64,000 bases of DNA. It comes from Octopus vulgaris (lineage: Eukaryota). Below the pieces are notes generated by a model. That model was not told where the DNA came from and made no database searches. It was given only the letters and a program-made list of their open reading frames with translations. A program made the translations under genes and the position numbers. The DNA lies in contig OX597822.1 of assembly GCA_951406725.2 (NCBI GenBank), forward strand, positions 80,042,001 to 80,106,000, given 5' to 3'. Shown here in pieces: positions 52,641-64,000 of this stretch. Numbering within the stretch: the first letter of the stretch is position 1; each line of letters starts with the position of its first letter.

Positions 52641-54384
52641 CAAAGTCACTGTACTGTTTCTGTCGATTTCATAAAATAATACAAATCTTGCCTACACTGG
52701 CCAACACCAGCCTCTTTAGATTTTATTTGACCGTATGTATGTATGTATGTATGTATGTATGTATGTATATATGTATGTATGTATAAATGTATGAGTTAAT
52801 GAATGAATGAATGATAGCTTGTCCTTCAAATTGACGATGGCTTAACAACTAATGGGCGAATGCTAAACTAAGGTGAGGTTTTGTTTTTGACTGAGAAACA
52901 AGGACGTGCACAACAGACACACTCTCTCGTTCTTTCACAATGTGCCCAGTAGCAAGATAAAGTCAAGACAACCGAACTTGTATGGAAATACAGGAGTCTT
53001 CCAGAATATCGGAACAGATATCTCGACCACGGAGTGCCATCTAACTTGTTGTGAGTCCAGGCCAAAAAAATATCATTCCAAATGCTTGCCCTACATCGTG
53101 GTTTCTAGTCCAGCATGACGGTATGTTACCACTTGCATATGTTATTCTCGTTGATCTGTTGCCACTAATTTCGAAACTAAGAACATGATGGTTGCTTCTT
53201 TATTCCCAATCACATTTGACTGAAATGCAAACATGCAAATAACTATACATACATTTACTTAACTCTTTGCCTGCCCAAAGCATTTTCGTAAGTTTATTCG
53301 AAACGTCCCTGCTTGTTTTCAGACATTTAGTTAACCATTATTTCATACGCTCTGAGTAATATAACGCCCTCATTTATTAAATTCATAGTTATTCTGGTGG
53401 TTGACAAAAATTATGAATGTGTATCATACTTAATACATGGATGCCAGACAAAGGGTTGACATGCATCTACACACATTAATGAATGGCTAGTAGCTCGCCT
53501 GGGTTTCTCCGCACATTGGTGGTTATTTTTTTCATGTTGCGGGGTATCCAAAATCCTCCTTCTTTCCAAAATGGTTTCGAGGTATTGCTGATACAATTAG
53601 TTACGACTTGACCATGTAATACCTATTATGATTCCTGTAATTTATCTAGTATTTGGTAGGTAAGAAGTAAATAGATTTGTATGAGTACATTTAATAAATA
53701 CACATGAAAAATTTGACCTCGCCGTGCAACTAAACTTCGTAGTTAATCATTGGGATCCCTCGGCAGAACACACTGATAAACAAGTCGACTAGTTTCATTT
53801 GCCTCTACAATCATGCTATGAATGGTTAATTTAATCTGCTCGAGAAAGAGATCGGGGGAGAGGATAGTGAAAGACGTGGAAATAGAGAAAGAAAAAGAGA
53901 AAGCGAGACTAACTTAGAGCTACGTATGAAGAACAACAGAGTCACATAAATTTGTTTTTATGTTTATTAATCCTACGCCTGTAAATTTATGTAAAACATT
54001 ATCCATAAACATACCCAGCAGTTCAATTAATCAATACACATCTCCAACTAATCTACTGATATGCATTAAGCACGTTGCGCACTCAGACAAATTTATACTT
54101 CACACTTATGATACCGCTGATGATTAATAAGCCCATCCCTTGATAAACGTTCGTAGATATTACAGACCAAGCTTCCCCCATTCACTACACTGGCGGAGCG
54201 TTTTTGAGCGGCTTCCTTAAATTCTGTATGAGAAATGCGTGCTCTTTTTCTCGAAAACATCTACTCTTTGTTTTATTTGTTTCCTCCATTGGTGGCGATG
54301 ACAAGCATTACTTCTTTAAATTCACCTCCCATATTTCAATCTCTTTCTGCGAGGGCTTTACACAATCCTTAAATCGAAGTCTTG

Positions 54385-54887
54385 TGGCCCCCACAGAGTG
54401 GAAAACAAATTGCGGAACGAGAAGCGATCCAACGCCACTTCACAAAGAATATAGACTCAGTAAAACACATGGGCTACTGGGAGAGATTGAAGGAACTGGG
54501 ACTCTACTCCCTGGAGGAGAGACGGGAGAAATATACAGCCCTATATATGTGGAATATAAAGGAGGGTCTGGCTCGACATTTTGGAATTGAAAGCTACAAT
54601 AATCCCTGAACCTGACGGCACTGCACAGTACCAAAGGTCCTATCCTCTCCATCGAGGATACGAACCCAATATTGTAATAGATTGGGATTCAAGAACATCA
54701 AGGAACTGCTGGACAGCTTTTTATCTGCAATTCCGGATGAACCCATATCGCGGCAGGAGGCACAAAGAAGAGCGGCAACGTCCAACTTGGTACTTCACCA
54801 GAAGCAATACTGGAAAAATCCCCGGATGCAGTAAAGGCGGTACAACAGCATGGCCTCAGCCTCTGACTGAAACAGATAAAAATAAAA

Positions 54888-54890
<3 letters not shown>
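54385..54890 (+). mobile_element. CR1-group LINE 3' fragment
   Basis: IQRHFTKNIDSVKHMGYWERLKELGLYSLEERREKY; KELLDSFLSAIPDEP. Confidence 0.8.
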
Positions 54891-54928
<38 letters not shown>

Positions 54929-55730
54929 CAGGCCATGTAGCCCATATGTGAGCTTGCCAGTAAGGACGCTTGTATGATCTAGTGCTACATATAGTATGCC
55001 TGAAAATTCGATGGGACGGATGGAAAATATTTGGTTATAGGTCCAGCCAGTCAACCCCCCTATATTAGTCTTAGCAACAACATCGAAAATCATTTGAAAT
55101 TGCTGCACAAGGCCAGCGATTGTAGGTGAGGGGTACGTCAATTTTATCGACATCAGTACTCAACTGGTATTTATTTTATCAAACCCCAAAAGCTATGAAC
55201 ATAAAGATTCCAAAGGAATATCGCTAAGTAAATTGTCTGAGACTGCATAGGTTCTGACAGTTCACCGCTTTATAGCAATAATAACAACAACAAAAAATGT
55301 AAAAAAGAAACAGAACAAAGCTAGAATCTAAGAGATGATTTTTTGACAATTATATTATGACGCAGAACTTTGGCTCTTAACAAATACACTTATTGCATAG
55401 ACACCAAACAAAAGAGGGAGAACAAAAGACATGGACACAGCAAAAACAGATTGAAAGGCAGAGACAGCACACATAGATACACATAAGAGAAATACTGGTG
55501 TGTAATCAGCAGCTGTCAAAATGTATCGTCGGCCATAACAAGAGGATACCCCTGCACTCATTCAACTCACCTCCCACCGCCTCCACAAAAACGGAAGCTT
55601 ACGACGAAAATTTTGACACACACACAGCAAGAAATCTTAACAAGCAGACGCACAGACGCATTTTCAAACATACGCATACTTATACAAACAAACAACATGA
55701 ACACAGACATATATATATGTATATATATAT

Positions 55731-55986
55731 AGTTTAAGTAATACTAAGTAATTAAGGGTTTAGCAACGATTTGCCTCACCACACACGGAATTTAGAAATA
55801 GCAGTCAAAGAGTTATAGCTATTCTTTCTACTAAAAGGGAGATCTCAGTAAAACCACAGCACTTTTTACTGAGATCTCCCTTTTAGTTGAAAGAATAGCT
55901 ATAACTCTTTGACTGCTATTTCTAAATTCGGTGTGTGGTGAGGCAAATCGTTGCTAAACCCTTAATTACTTAGTATTACTTAAACT
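55731..55986. repeat. Near-perfect palindrome: 123-bp arms, 10-nt spacer
   Basis: 55731-55853 versus 55864-55986; 2 mismatches seen; spacer ccacagcact. Confidence 0.95.
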
Positions 55987-56274
55987 TTCCTCGAATGAGG
56001 CTTTTACATGCCGAAATCTACTTGGTGAAATTAATGATTATTCCAAATTAATTAATTTCACCCTATATTATTACAGTATATATATATAATAAATTCAGGG
56101 TGAATACTTGATAAATGTAAGCACCTGTATATGCCAGCTAGTGGTACTTTTGATCTACCTGATATATCAATTATGCATTGATATAAGAATAAGTTGTTCA
56201 ATAAAGCCCGAAGCATATGTACCGCAAAATCCTTTGGGTCCTGTTTTTCTTTTGATACATACATACACATATAT

Positions 56275-56323
<49 letters not shown>

Positions 56324-56324
<1 letters not shown>

Positions 56325-56868
56325 ATTAATAGAAGGAAATAAATGTCCAAGGCTGTGAAAGATTTCAGAACATATATAAAGAGATGGTCTTACAGCTGTT
56401 TCCCGGATATTTTATATATCCCTTGAGAAAATAGTGAAGCAATAGTTATTCTAGAGAAGATATGAAATATAGAGTGAAGGGGAGGAATGAAAACAGACGT
56501 GACATATGCAGGGATATTGTATCTGCAGTTCACTTAATGAAAACCCTCGATCCAGTAACACGGTTTATAAACTTTATGCTTGGAATGACCAATTATAAGT
56601 ACTATTGGAACTTACACACAAAGTACAGGAAACTTATATGTATACCATTCTGCCTAAATAATGGAACTGCAGATAAAATATCCTTGCATATCTCACGTCT
56701 GTTTTCATTCCTCCACTTGACTATCTATTTCATATCTTCTCTAGAATAACTATTACTTAACCATCTTTTCCGACCGTCTCTGATGAAGGGATATATAAAA
56801 TATCCCGGAAACACCTGTAAGACCTGTAATCTTTGACAGCCTTGGATTTTTATCTTATTCTGTTAATT
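56324..56868 (+). mobile_element. Fold-back pLTR-type element (arms 56324-56531 and 56664-56868)
   Basis: Inverted arms with indels, TA-rich flanks, hammerhead in the right arm. Confidence 0.8.
56776..56823 (+). ncRNA. Type-I hammerhead with canonical core
   Basis: gtct-CTGATGA-a-gggatat(ataaa)atatccc-g-GAAA-cacctg-TA^agac; the inverted copy has palindromic cagctg. Confidence 0.8.
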
Positions 56869-57027
56869 TTTATATATATATGCTTGCTAATATATGACCT
56901 ACGCTAGACTCCTCACTCGCATAATCACCGAACCTGGAGCTTAACTATAGTCTGTCCATAGCACTAACTCAGCATAACCTGACACCTTTGGGTCTTCTTG
57001 ACACCATTACCTCTCATAACCTATATC

Positions 57028-57101
<74 letters not shown>

Positions 57102-57155
57102 GTAATATTTCTAAATCTCTCTAAAGGAGACTTCGGCAGCAGTACTGGGTATTAA

Positions 57156-57458
57156 TAGTTATCGCCACGCTAACATGACAGCGCAGAAAAATAGGACGAA
57201 TGTTGCCTTTGTCCATCGCCTCTAGTTAGCTATGGGTTCGATTACTCCACATTGATAAAGGGCAAATACCCTGAAACTAGTCTGTGGATGTCTGTCTGTA
57301 CCAGCATGGGGAAACTGATGACCTCCCTTGTTCGAATGTTGTAATGGACACAGGTTTGTGTGTCACATAGCTAGCTAGTGGTGATGGCCTCTTGGAGCTA
57401 ATCAACAGCAGCATTCGTCCTATTTTTCTAGACTGCCATGTTATCTTGGCGATAACTA
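57156..57458 (+). mobile_element. ~300-bp non-coding fold-back element with internal hammerhead
   Basis: tagttatcgccacgctaacatgacagcgcagaaaaataggacgaatg is inverted (diverged) at ~57412-57458. Confidence 0.8.
57246..57288 (+). ncRNA. Minimal type-I hammerhead, U3:A8 core variant, GUC cleavage site
   Basis: tccaca-TTGATAA-aggg(caaata)ccct-GAAA-ctag-TC^tgtgga; 6-bp stem I, palindromic ACTAGT stem III. Confidence 0.8.
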
Positions 57459-57528
57459 TATACATACATACATACATACATACATACATACATGCATACA
57501 TACATACATACATACATACATACATACA

Positions 57529-57559
<31 letters not shown>

Positions 57560-58549
57560 TTGTGTGAGTGTGTGTGTGTGTATGTATATATATGTATGTA
57601 TATATATAGATACAAGACACATTACAGCAGTATTTCCCAATCTTAAAATGTGACGTCACAGTATAAATACACTTTATATATACATGCCTATCTATCTACC
57701 TACGTACATACCTACCTACCTACCTACCTACCTACATACATACATGTATACATACATACATACACACACATATAAATATATTTGTTTTCGTTAAACATTT
57801 CGTCACCGTTATTCTGTGTTCGAACAGGCGTGTGATAGTAAGCATGTGTAGTTAAAATAGTTAGTCAATGTTTAATTTTAATCTGCAAATGTGAAAAAGC
57901 GAAGACGAAAGGAAGAAAAAATACATAATGAAAGGGAAAAAGATATAAAATATTCAAAATTGGAACAAATTAGTGACACCCTTGTGTAAGTTTACAGCCT
58001 ACTAAAATGTCGGAACTGGCTGGTTGGAAAAGATGGCATTACAGACATAGCAGAGATGTTATTACCAGTGTTTATATATTTGAAAACCATGTTGACAACA
58101 GCAACAACGAAAACGACTCTGCCACGTTAGTCAACCCTTATGTATATTGTTTGGGTGGAGATGTGTTACAATAGACCCAACGACCTGCACTGACCGGAAT
58201 GTTAGCATTAACACACAGAATGCAAACATATTCATACACGCATACATACACGCCAACATACAAGTTTACATACATACAAAAGTTGTACATATAGACATAC
58301 TTTCATACGTACGGGCATATAAGTATATTGGCAAAATAAAATAAAATAATTTGTAAATTTTAAAACGTTATACTTCGAATACATCTAGCCTCGTTTATCA
58401 CTGATTCGGTGATCGCTGAACCGTGATAACGCAGTGCGTTCAACTGTGAATCATGTTACGCTTATCACGGATGGACCTGTGGTGATCAGTTAAAGTTTCT
58501 ATTTGGACCACAACACCGTGCCCGAGTGACCGCACAAAATTCACACGTC

Positions 58550-58614
<65 letters not shown>

Positions 58615-58848
58615 TGTGTGAGTGTGTATGTGTGCGTGCGACTTTGTGTCTGCGTTTGTCTCCTACCATCGCTTCACAACTTGTGTTGGTGTTTTTGCGT
58701 GCTCGTATTCTTGCGGTTTCGGCAAAAAGAGACCGAAAGAATAAGTATCAGGCATACAAAAATGTTACTGGGGCCGATGCAGTCGACTAACTTTCAAGGT
58801 AGCGCCCCAGCAAGTAAAACATAAACGATAAAAGATATATGTATATAA

Positions 58849-59709
58849 TATAGAAAGTACCCAAAAGTAACCGGAAACGTTCTCTGTGGGACAAGTCCGT
58901 TGTAGTTCGGGATTCCGCCGCTAGAAACCACTCTATGCAACCCTCAAACATCAGTCTGCTGACCAGCGTCGCCGGGTGGAGTCGTACTGACCCTGTACGT
59001 CGATTTTTGCGATGGCTGAAACGAAGGAACAGTGTACTTCTGTGAAATTTGGTCTTCTGCTGGGGAAAACGGCGGCCGAAATAGTTATACTTTAAACAGC
59101 TCACAAGGATTCTGCCATGAGCAAAACACAAGTTTACAATTGTTTTCCACACTTTATGAATGGTCACTTTTTGCTTGACGACCAGCCTCGTTTTGGGTGA
59201 CCGTCTACCTCCCGAACAAATGAAAACATCAAGAAAATTCATGAAGGACCGTCACCGAACAGTTAACGAAATTGCTGATGTGACTGATGTGTTTTGGAGC
59301 CCCCGCCAACGAATTTTGTGCGAGGAATTGCGAATGAAAAGATTTGCAGCAAAATTAGCGGCTTACTTGCTCACGGCAGATCACAAGCGGTCACGACTGA
59401 ATGTATGTTGTGAACTGAAAGAACATGTGAAAATTGATCCAGACATTTTTCGAAGATCATCAATGGTAATGAAATTTGGTACTACGGAATATTCAGATGT
59501 GGAAGAGGTGAAGATAAAAACGACGGAGGCGTTAAAAGACATCACTTCGCAAGAGTTCCAGTACATCTTCGGATAGTAGAAAACTCGGCTGGACCGATGC
59601 ATTGCTTCAAATAAGGAAGACTCCGAAGGCGATAAAAGTGTATATCTGTAAAACTAAGGGAATAAATTAACACTGCAAAATTTCGGTCTCTTTCGGGCGA
59701 CCCCTCGTA
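58849..59709 (+). mobile_element. Internally deleted mariner element
   Basis: EQCTSVKFGLLLGKTAAE, DRHRTVNEIA..ILCEELRMKRFAAKL..LLT, SDVEEVKIKTTEALKDI; right end cccctcgTA; decayed left TIR gtacccaaaagtaaccgg. Confidence 0.85.
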
Positions 59710-59966
59710 CATCTATACGTGACGGGCTGTCCTTTGCCTTAAAGATTTTACAATTCTGGGGATTATCTCACCTTTTAAAACCGAGATGATTTTAATTGCC
59801 ATTTGGGAATTATGATGCAACAGAGAAAACTGTGATGGCATTGGCATATGATGCGTATGAAAGACAACAGCTGCATATTCTCTAAAGTAGATATACCTGT
59901 ATTTGTGTACGTTTTATAGACACATACCCCTGGTCACAGTGAGTTATTTCCCCCGACTCATTTTGG

Positions 59967-60003
<37 letters not shown>

Positions 60004-60059
60004 AATAGGCAAATAAGTGAAATGTAATTAGGCATTAAAAATTGGTAATATAATCCATA

Positions 60060-60828
60060 TTCCTTATACGAATTTATTGAAACAAATGATATATGTTCTT
60101 TATTACATGGGAAAATGAAAGTAAATCTTCATATTTCAACGTAACCAGCGGTGGCGTCAACCAGTTTCCACAAACGGCCAGGGATAGAATGAACAACCTT
60201 CTGAAGGACGTTGTCTGCGATATCATTGAGAACCTCCTGAATCCGGGTCTCTAACTATTCCATTTTGTGTAATCCCACAGGCAAAAATCACATCGAGTGA
60301 GATCTGGACTTCTTGCAGATCTGGAGTCCTGGCTGCACGTAATGGAGTTTCCACAGACACAAATTCAATTTTTTATGCAATACCGTGCGTATGTTGTGTC
60401 TTGTTAACCACTTTCACGAGCTGCTTGATGTGTTGATTTTCGCGGGCTGCGATTAAACATTTCCTGCACTGTTATCTCGTGCTCCACTGATCGGAATGTG
60501 GTTGGACGGCCACTTTTTGCATCGCTCACAGATGATCATCAGCTTTGCATGACAACATTTTATTGTCTTCGGAAGTAGTGTTGCATACATACCTTTCCCT
60601 GCATGCCACCAGCTTTGAACCAAAACAGTGGAATTCCACACTTCGTAGCGAGCTGCTATCTTAGCTCGCTCCTGAACAGCCAAGCGGCCGGCCATCTGGA
60701 AAATAAGAATTAAGAAATAAGACAGTAAGAGATTAAGAAATCCCCTTAGTGTTGTCTGGTTAAATAGTGTTTTCCTCATGATTCCATAAGCAATTTCTAA
60801 TACCTAGTTACTTTCCACCCACCCTGTA
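60060..60828 (-). mobile_element. Tc1/mariner-superfamily transposase relic
   Basis: MAGRLAVQERAKIAARYEVWNS, KSGRP, ARSPDLTRCDFCLWDYTK; terminus TA-CAGGGTG at ~60828. Confidence 0.8.
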
Positions 60829-60966
60829 TATATTGGAAAGGTATTTTAGATGTTGCTGAATATCATAGGTATTAGAAAAAAGAATAATGTAAGGCCTCTA
60901 AGATGCTAGAGGTAAGTATAGAAACATATGGATGGTATGTGGTTCGATAGGAATGTGCTTTATAGC

Positions 60967-60997
<31 letters not shown>

Positions 60998-61074
60998 GTT
61001 CTTCTTCTTCTTCTTCTTCTTCTTCTTGTTCTTGTTCTTCTTCTTCTTCTTCTTCTGCCTCTTCTGCTTCTTTT

Positions 61075-61545
61075 TGTGGAGACATGCGTTGTTGCATTCA
61101 CCATTTATCGGCGTAATACCGGGTCCTCGCGGGTCCCCCATCACCGCTATATACCTCTTCATCTACCATGATCATGTGGTCAACCAAAACGAGCCGTTAT
61201 AACCCAATTGGATCCTCGGTGATGAGAAGCACGGTAAGAAGGTCCTAACTCGGAAAATCGAGTAACATGGCTAAACTTTCTGAGCTGGCATTCCTGAATT
61301 ATACAAGTGACATTTAAGACAAGGGGGGAAAACGTAGTTCAGATTTTCGTCCCACCTATATCAAGTTGGTCAATAACTAAAATTATCAGTCCACTCTGGC
61401 AATGGACATCGATTCCCGCCTATCTCTCATGTATTTCTGAAAAACAAATAAGAAAGGACCGGTCCTGGTTAGATTTGGACAGAAAGTCGTTTCGTTCGGT
61501 TAGAGCCCAAGACTCACAGTAATAGACGGTTGTTCCTTCAGGATG
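61075..61545 (-). mobile_element. RTE-type LINE 3' fragment next to an (AAG)n/(AAC)n tract
   Basis: YYCESWALT (cf. LLYGCETWTLT) and IIQECQLRKFSHVTR (cf. LRWFGHV). Confidence 0.55.
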
Positions 61546-61827
61546 TGATAGGAGTTGAAAGCCAACGACTAAGACATACAGACAGACACACTTATTTTTA
61601 TATTCATATACGCATTCTTTTAACCTTATTATTTAATACGTTCACTGGTTCGATTTCCGATCATTTATTTATTTTTTCTAAAATTTTTGTTGCGCTTTTC
61701 AACCTTTTCAATAGACGGTGACTTGCATGTGTGTGTTTAAAAATCTTTAAAAAATCTTTAAAAACGTTTCAGCTTCAAAGCTGTGGTCATTCTAGAGCAC
61801 CACCGTTGTTAAATCTTTAAAACTGTT

Positions 61828-61910
<83 letters not shown>

Positions 61911-62451
61911 CAGGTATGTATGGGTGAATGTGATTGCGTATACAACTGATTGAACCAAGAAAATTACGTTTCTGTAATTTTTTTTTCTTTCCGTGACTAG
62001 CAAATTATCAACAATGGGAAAAATTGCTACTTTTCCCATAAACACCCCACCCTCATGTATACATACATGTATAAATAGACACGGATATATAAATGATAAT
62101 ATATGCATAGACATGCAAACACGCCCATACATACACGTATTCATAGATATTTATATATGTATGTATGTATGTATATATGTATGTATGTATACGTGCGTGA
62201 GTCGTCTAAGATTGTTACCTAGCGCTCCATTGTATTCTTTGCGCGAACCCGATTGGTAAGATTAGCCATGAGGAATATTTAATACAATACTTTTCGGATA
62301 ATATATGTGTGTGTGTTTGCGTGCGTGTGTGTATGTATATATATGTGTATATATGTATATATATATATATATATGTGTGTATGTGTGTGTGTGTATGTGT
62401 GTGTATGTGTGTTTGCGTGCGTGTGTGTATGTATATATATGTGTGTGTGTG

Positions 62452-62482
<31 letters not shown>

Positions 62483-62491
62483 ATATATATG

Positions 62492-62522
<31 letters not shown>

Positions 62523-62959
62523 TGCGAACATCCGTTGGTTTCTTTTATGTCTGTCCTAAAATGCAACGAAGTGTGTTTGAAGACACAATCAGTATATTTA
62601 GAGCATGAAGTTTAGAAAATATTTCTTATTCATGTTGAATACACACACACACACACACACACACATTCATGTTGAATACACTCGCACACATACGCGCACA
62701 CACATACACACACATATATGTATATGCATACATATACGTATGCAAGTATGTATGTATGTGTCTATGTATGTATGTTTGAATGCATTGAGGGAAATGTGTG
62801 ACACGGAAAATATTATATACATACTAGACGTGTACCATCTGAACAATTGGTATATGTCGAGAAAGCTCAGGTGAGGCTACGAACTGGATGCTACTGCTGC
62901 TGTTACACCTAGAGATATCCTTGACGGGACAAATTTTAATATGATCACGTGATTATCAA

Positions 62960-63290
62960 ATACCCATCACGCTGTAAACTCCATCTCACAAAATCTTTTT
63001 CTTGTTTCTCTAATTTTTTGACGGCCACAAAGTACAAACTAGGTGCACATCACTTTCAACCGAAAGGAAGTGGAACTAATGCTCACTTGAAGCAAGGTTA
63101 TTCGCTAATCCTATCCCTCGTCGCCTATATTGAGTCTTCCCATCCCAAATACTCTGTATTAAAGCTTATTCCAATTCCTTCGTCTCCTGACGTCAAAGCT
63201 CTGGAATTCCCTTTTCCTCTGCAACCCGATTTTGCCTGCTGACGTCATTCTATATTTATTGAAAGTAAACATCGGGCAACCAATCAAAAC
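62960..63290 (+). mobile_element. Decayed CR1/L2-group LINE ORF2 C-terminus
   Basis: AYSNSFV followed, after a frameshift, by TSKLWNSL. Confidence 0.45.
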
Positions 63291-64000
63291 AGTCTCGATC
63301 ATCATGTACAGGTCATTAGCTCCATATTTTTCACCCTAAGTAAAAGGACAGAACATAATAATAACAGATTCAAACCTGGGAATTATCGTTGCAACTTCCA
63401 TGACCGTAAGAGAACTATTCAACGCAGAATCAACGATACTATACTAATTTGACGGACTTCTATGTCATTTTGACACAGCTGAGGTCTTAGGAAAACGACC
63501 GTCACTTTCGGGCTGCTTGTGTGTAGTGTTACAGTTGAAGATTTCTAGTAGCATCTGCTGTCTGTCCCCATCGCTTCTTTTCCTCCCGCCACTGGACTTG
63601 AAGAAAGTGCGATGATGTTGCTGCCGGTATTTTGGTTTCATGAACGATCTGCATGGTGAATATTTTTATAGCGCGCATGTTTTGTGCAGAGCCAGACAAT
63701 TTCTCTCGTCCTTCAAACTTGTATTGGTGTGGTGCAACAAGTGCCACGTGCCCAGTAGTTATCAGGATGCTGGATTTGTATTGAGTCATCTTCTCTTAGA
63801 TGGACAGCTAAAAGGCTGAAGAGCTAAAAAGCCTGAAAGTCTGACCTGGGTCCGTTGAGGTGTCTATCGGTTACCTTCTTCCAGAAACAAATAAAATCAG
63901 GAAAAAAACAAAACTAATAGAAACGGATTACGTAAAATGATTCTTCTCTACTCTAGGCACAATACCCGAAATTTTTAGGGAGGTGGTCGGTCAAGTAGCT

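Noticed and set aside
52868-53065. Cys-containing ORF as a piggyBac C-terminal domain
   Set aside because: Only partial Cys spacing and no catalytic motifs nearby.
63529-63789. 86-aa ORF as a host exon
   Set aside because: No recognisable domain or convincing splice context.

Overview
AT-rich, repeat-saturated eukaryotic non-genic (intergenic or intronic) DNA. The SINE families, (TA)n/(CA)n density and transposon mix suggest an octopod cephalopod; this is recalled, not verified. No intact host gene was found, and most long ORFs are microsatellite translations. Contents: dozens of tRNA-derived SINE copies (at least 4 families), four coding Penelope-like element (PLE) remnants, CR1-like/RTE/L1-Tx1-like LINE fragments, three Tc1/mariner relics, a Helentron-type non-autonomous element and a TIR/TSD-bounded AcademX relic. 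Main signals: (1) several different fold-back insertions built as an inverted copy of the 3' end followed by a sense unit carrying a minimal type-I hammerhead ribozyme. Two unrelated ones have a U3:A8 compensated core, and one is a tRNA-headed (Pol III) SINE that appears to use Penelope machinery. (2) A 1.4-kb ORF1/gag-only retroelement with a 14-bp TSD inserted in a SINE tRNA head. (3) A near-identical 600-bp local inverted duplication. (4) A 123-bp-arm near-perfect palindrome. All alignments and folds were done by eye, and repeat boundaries are approximate unless stated.
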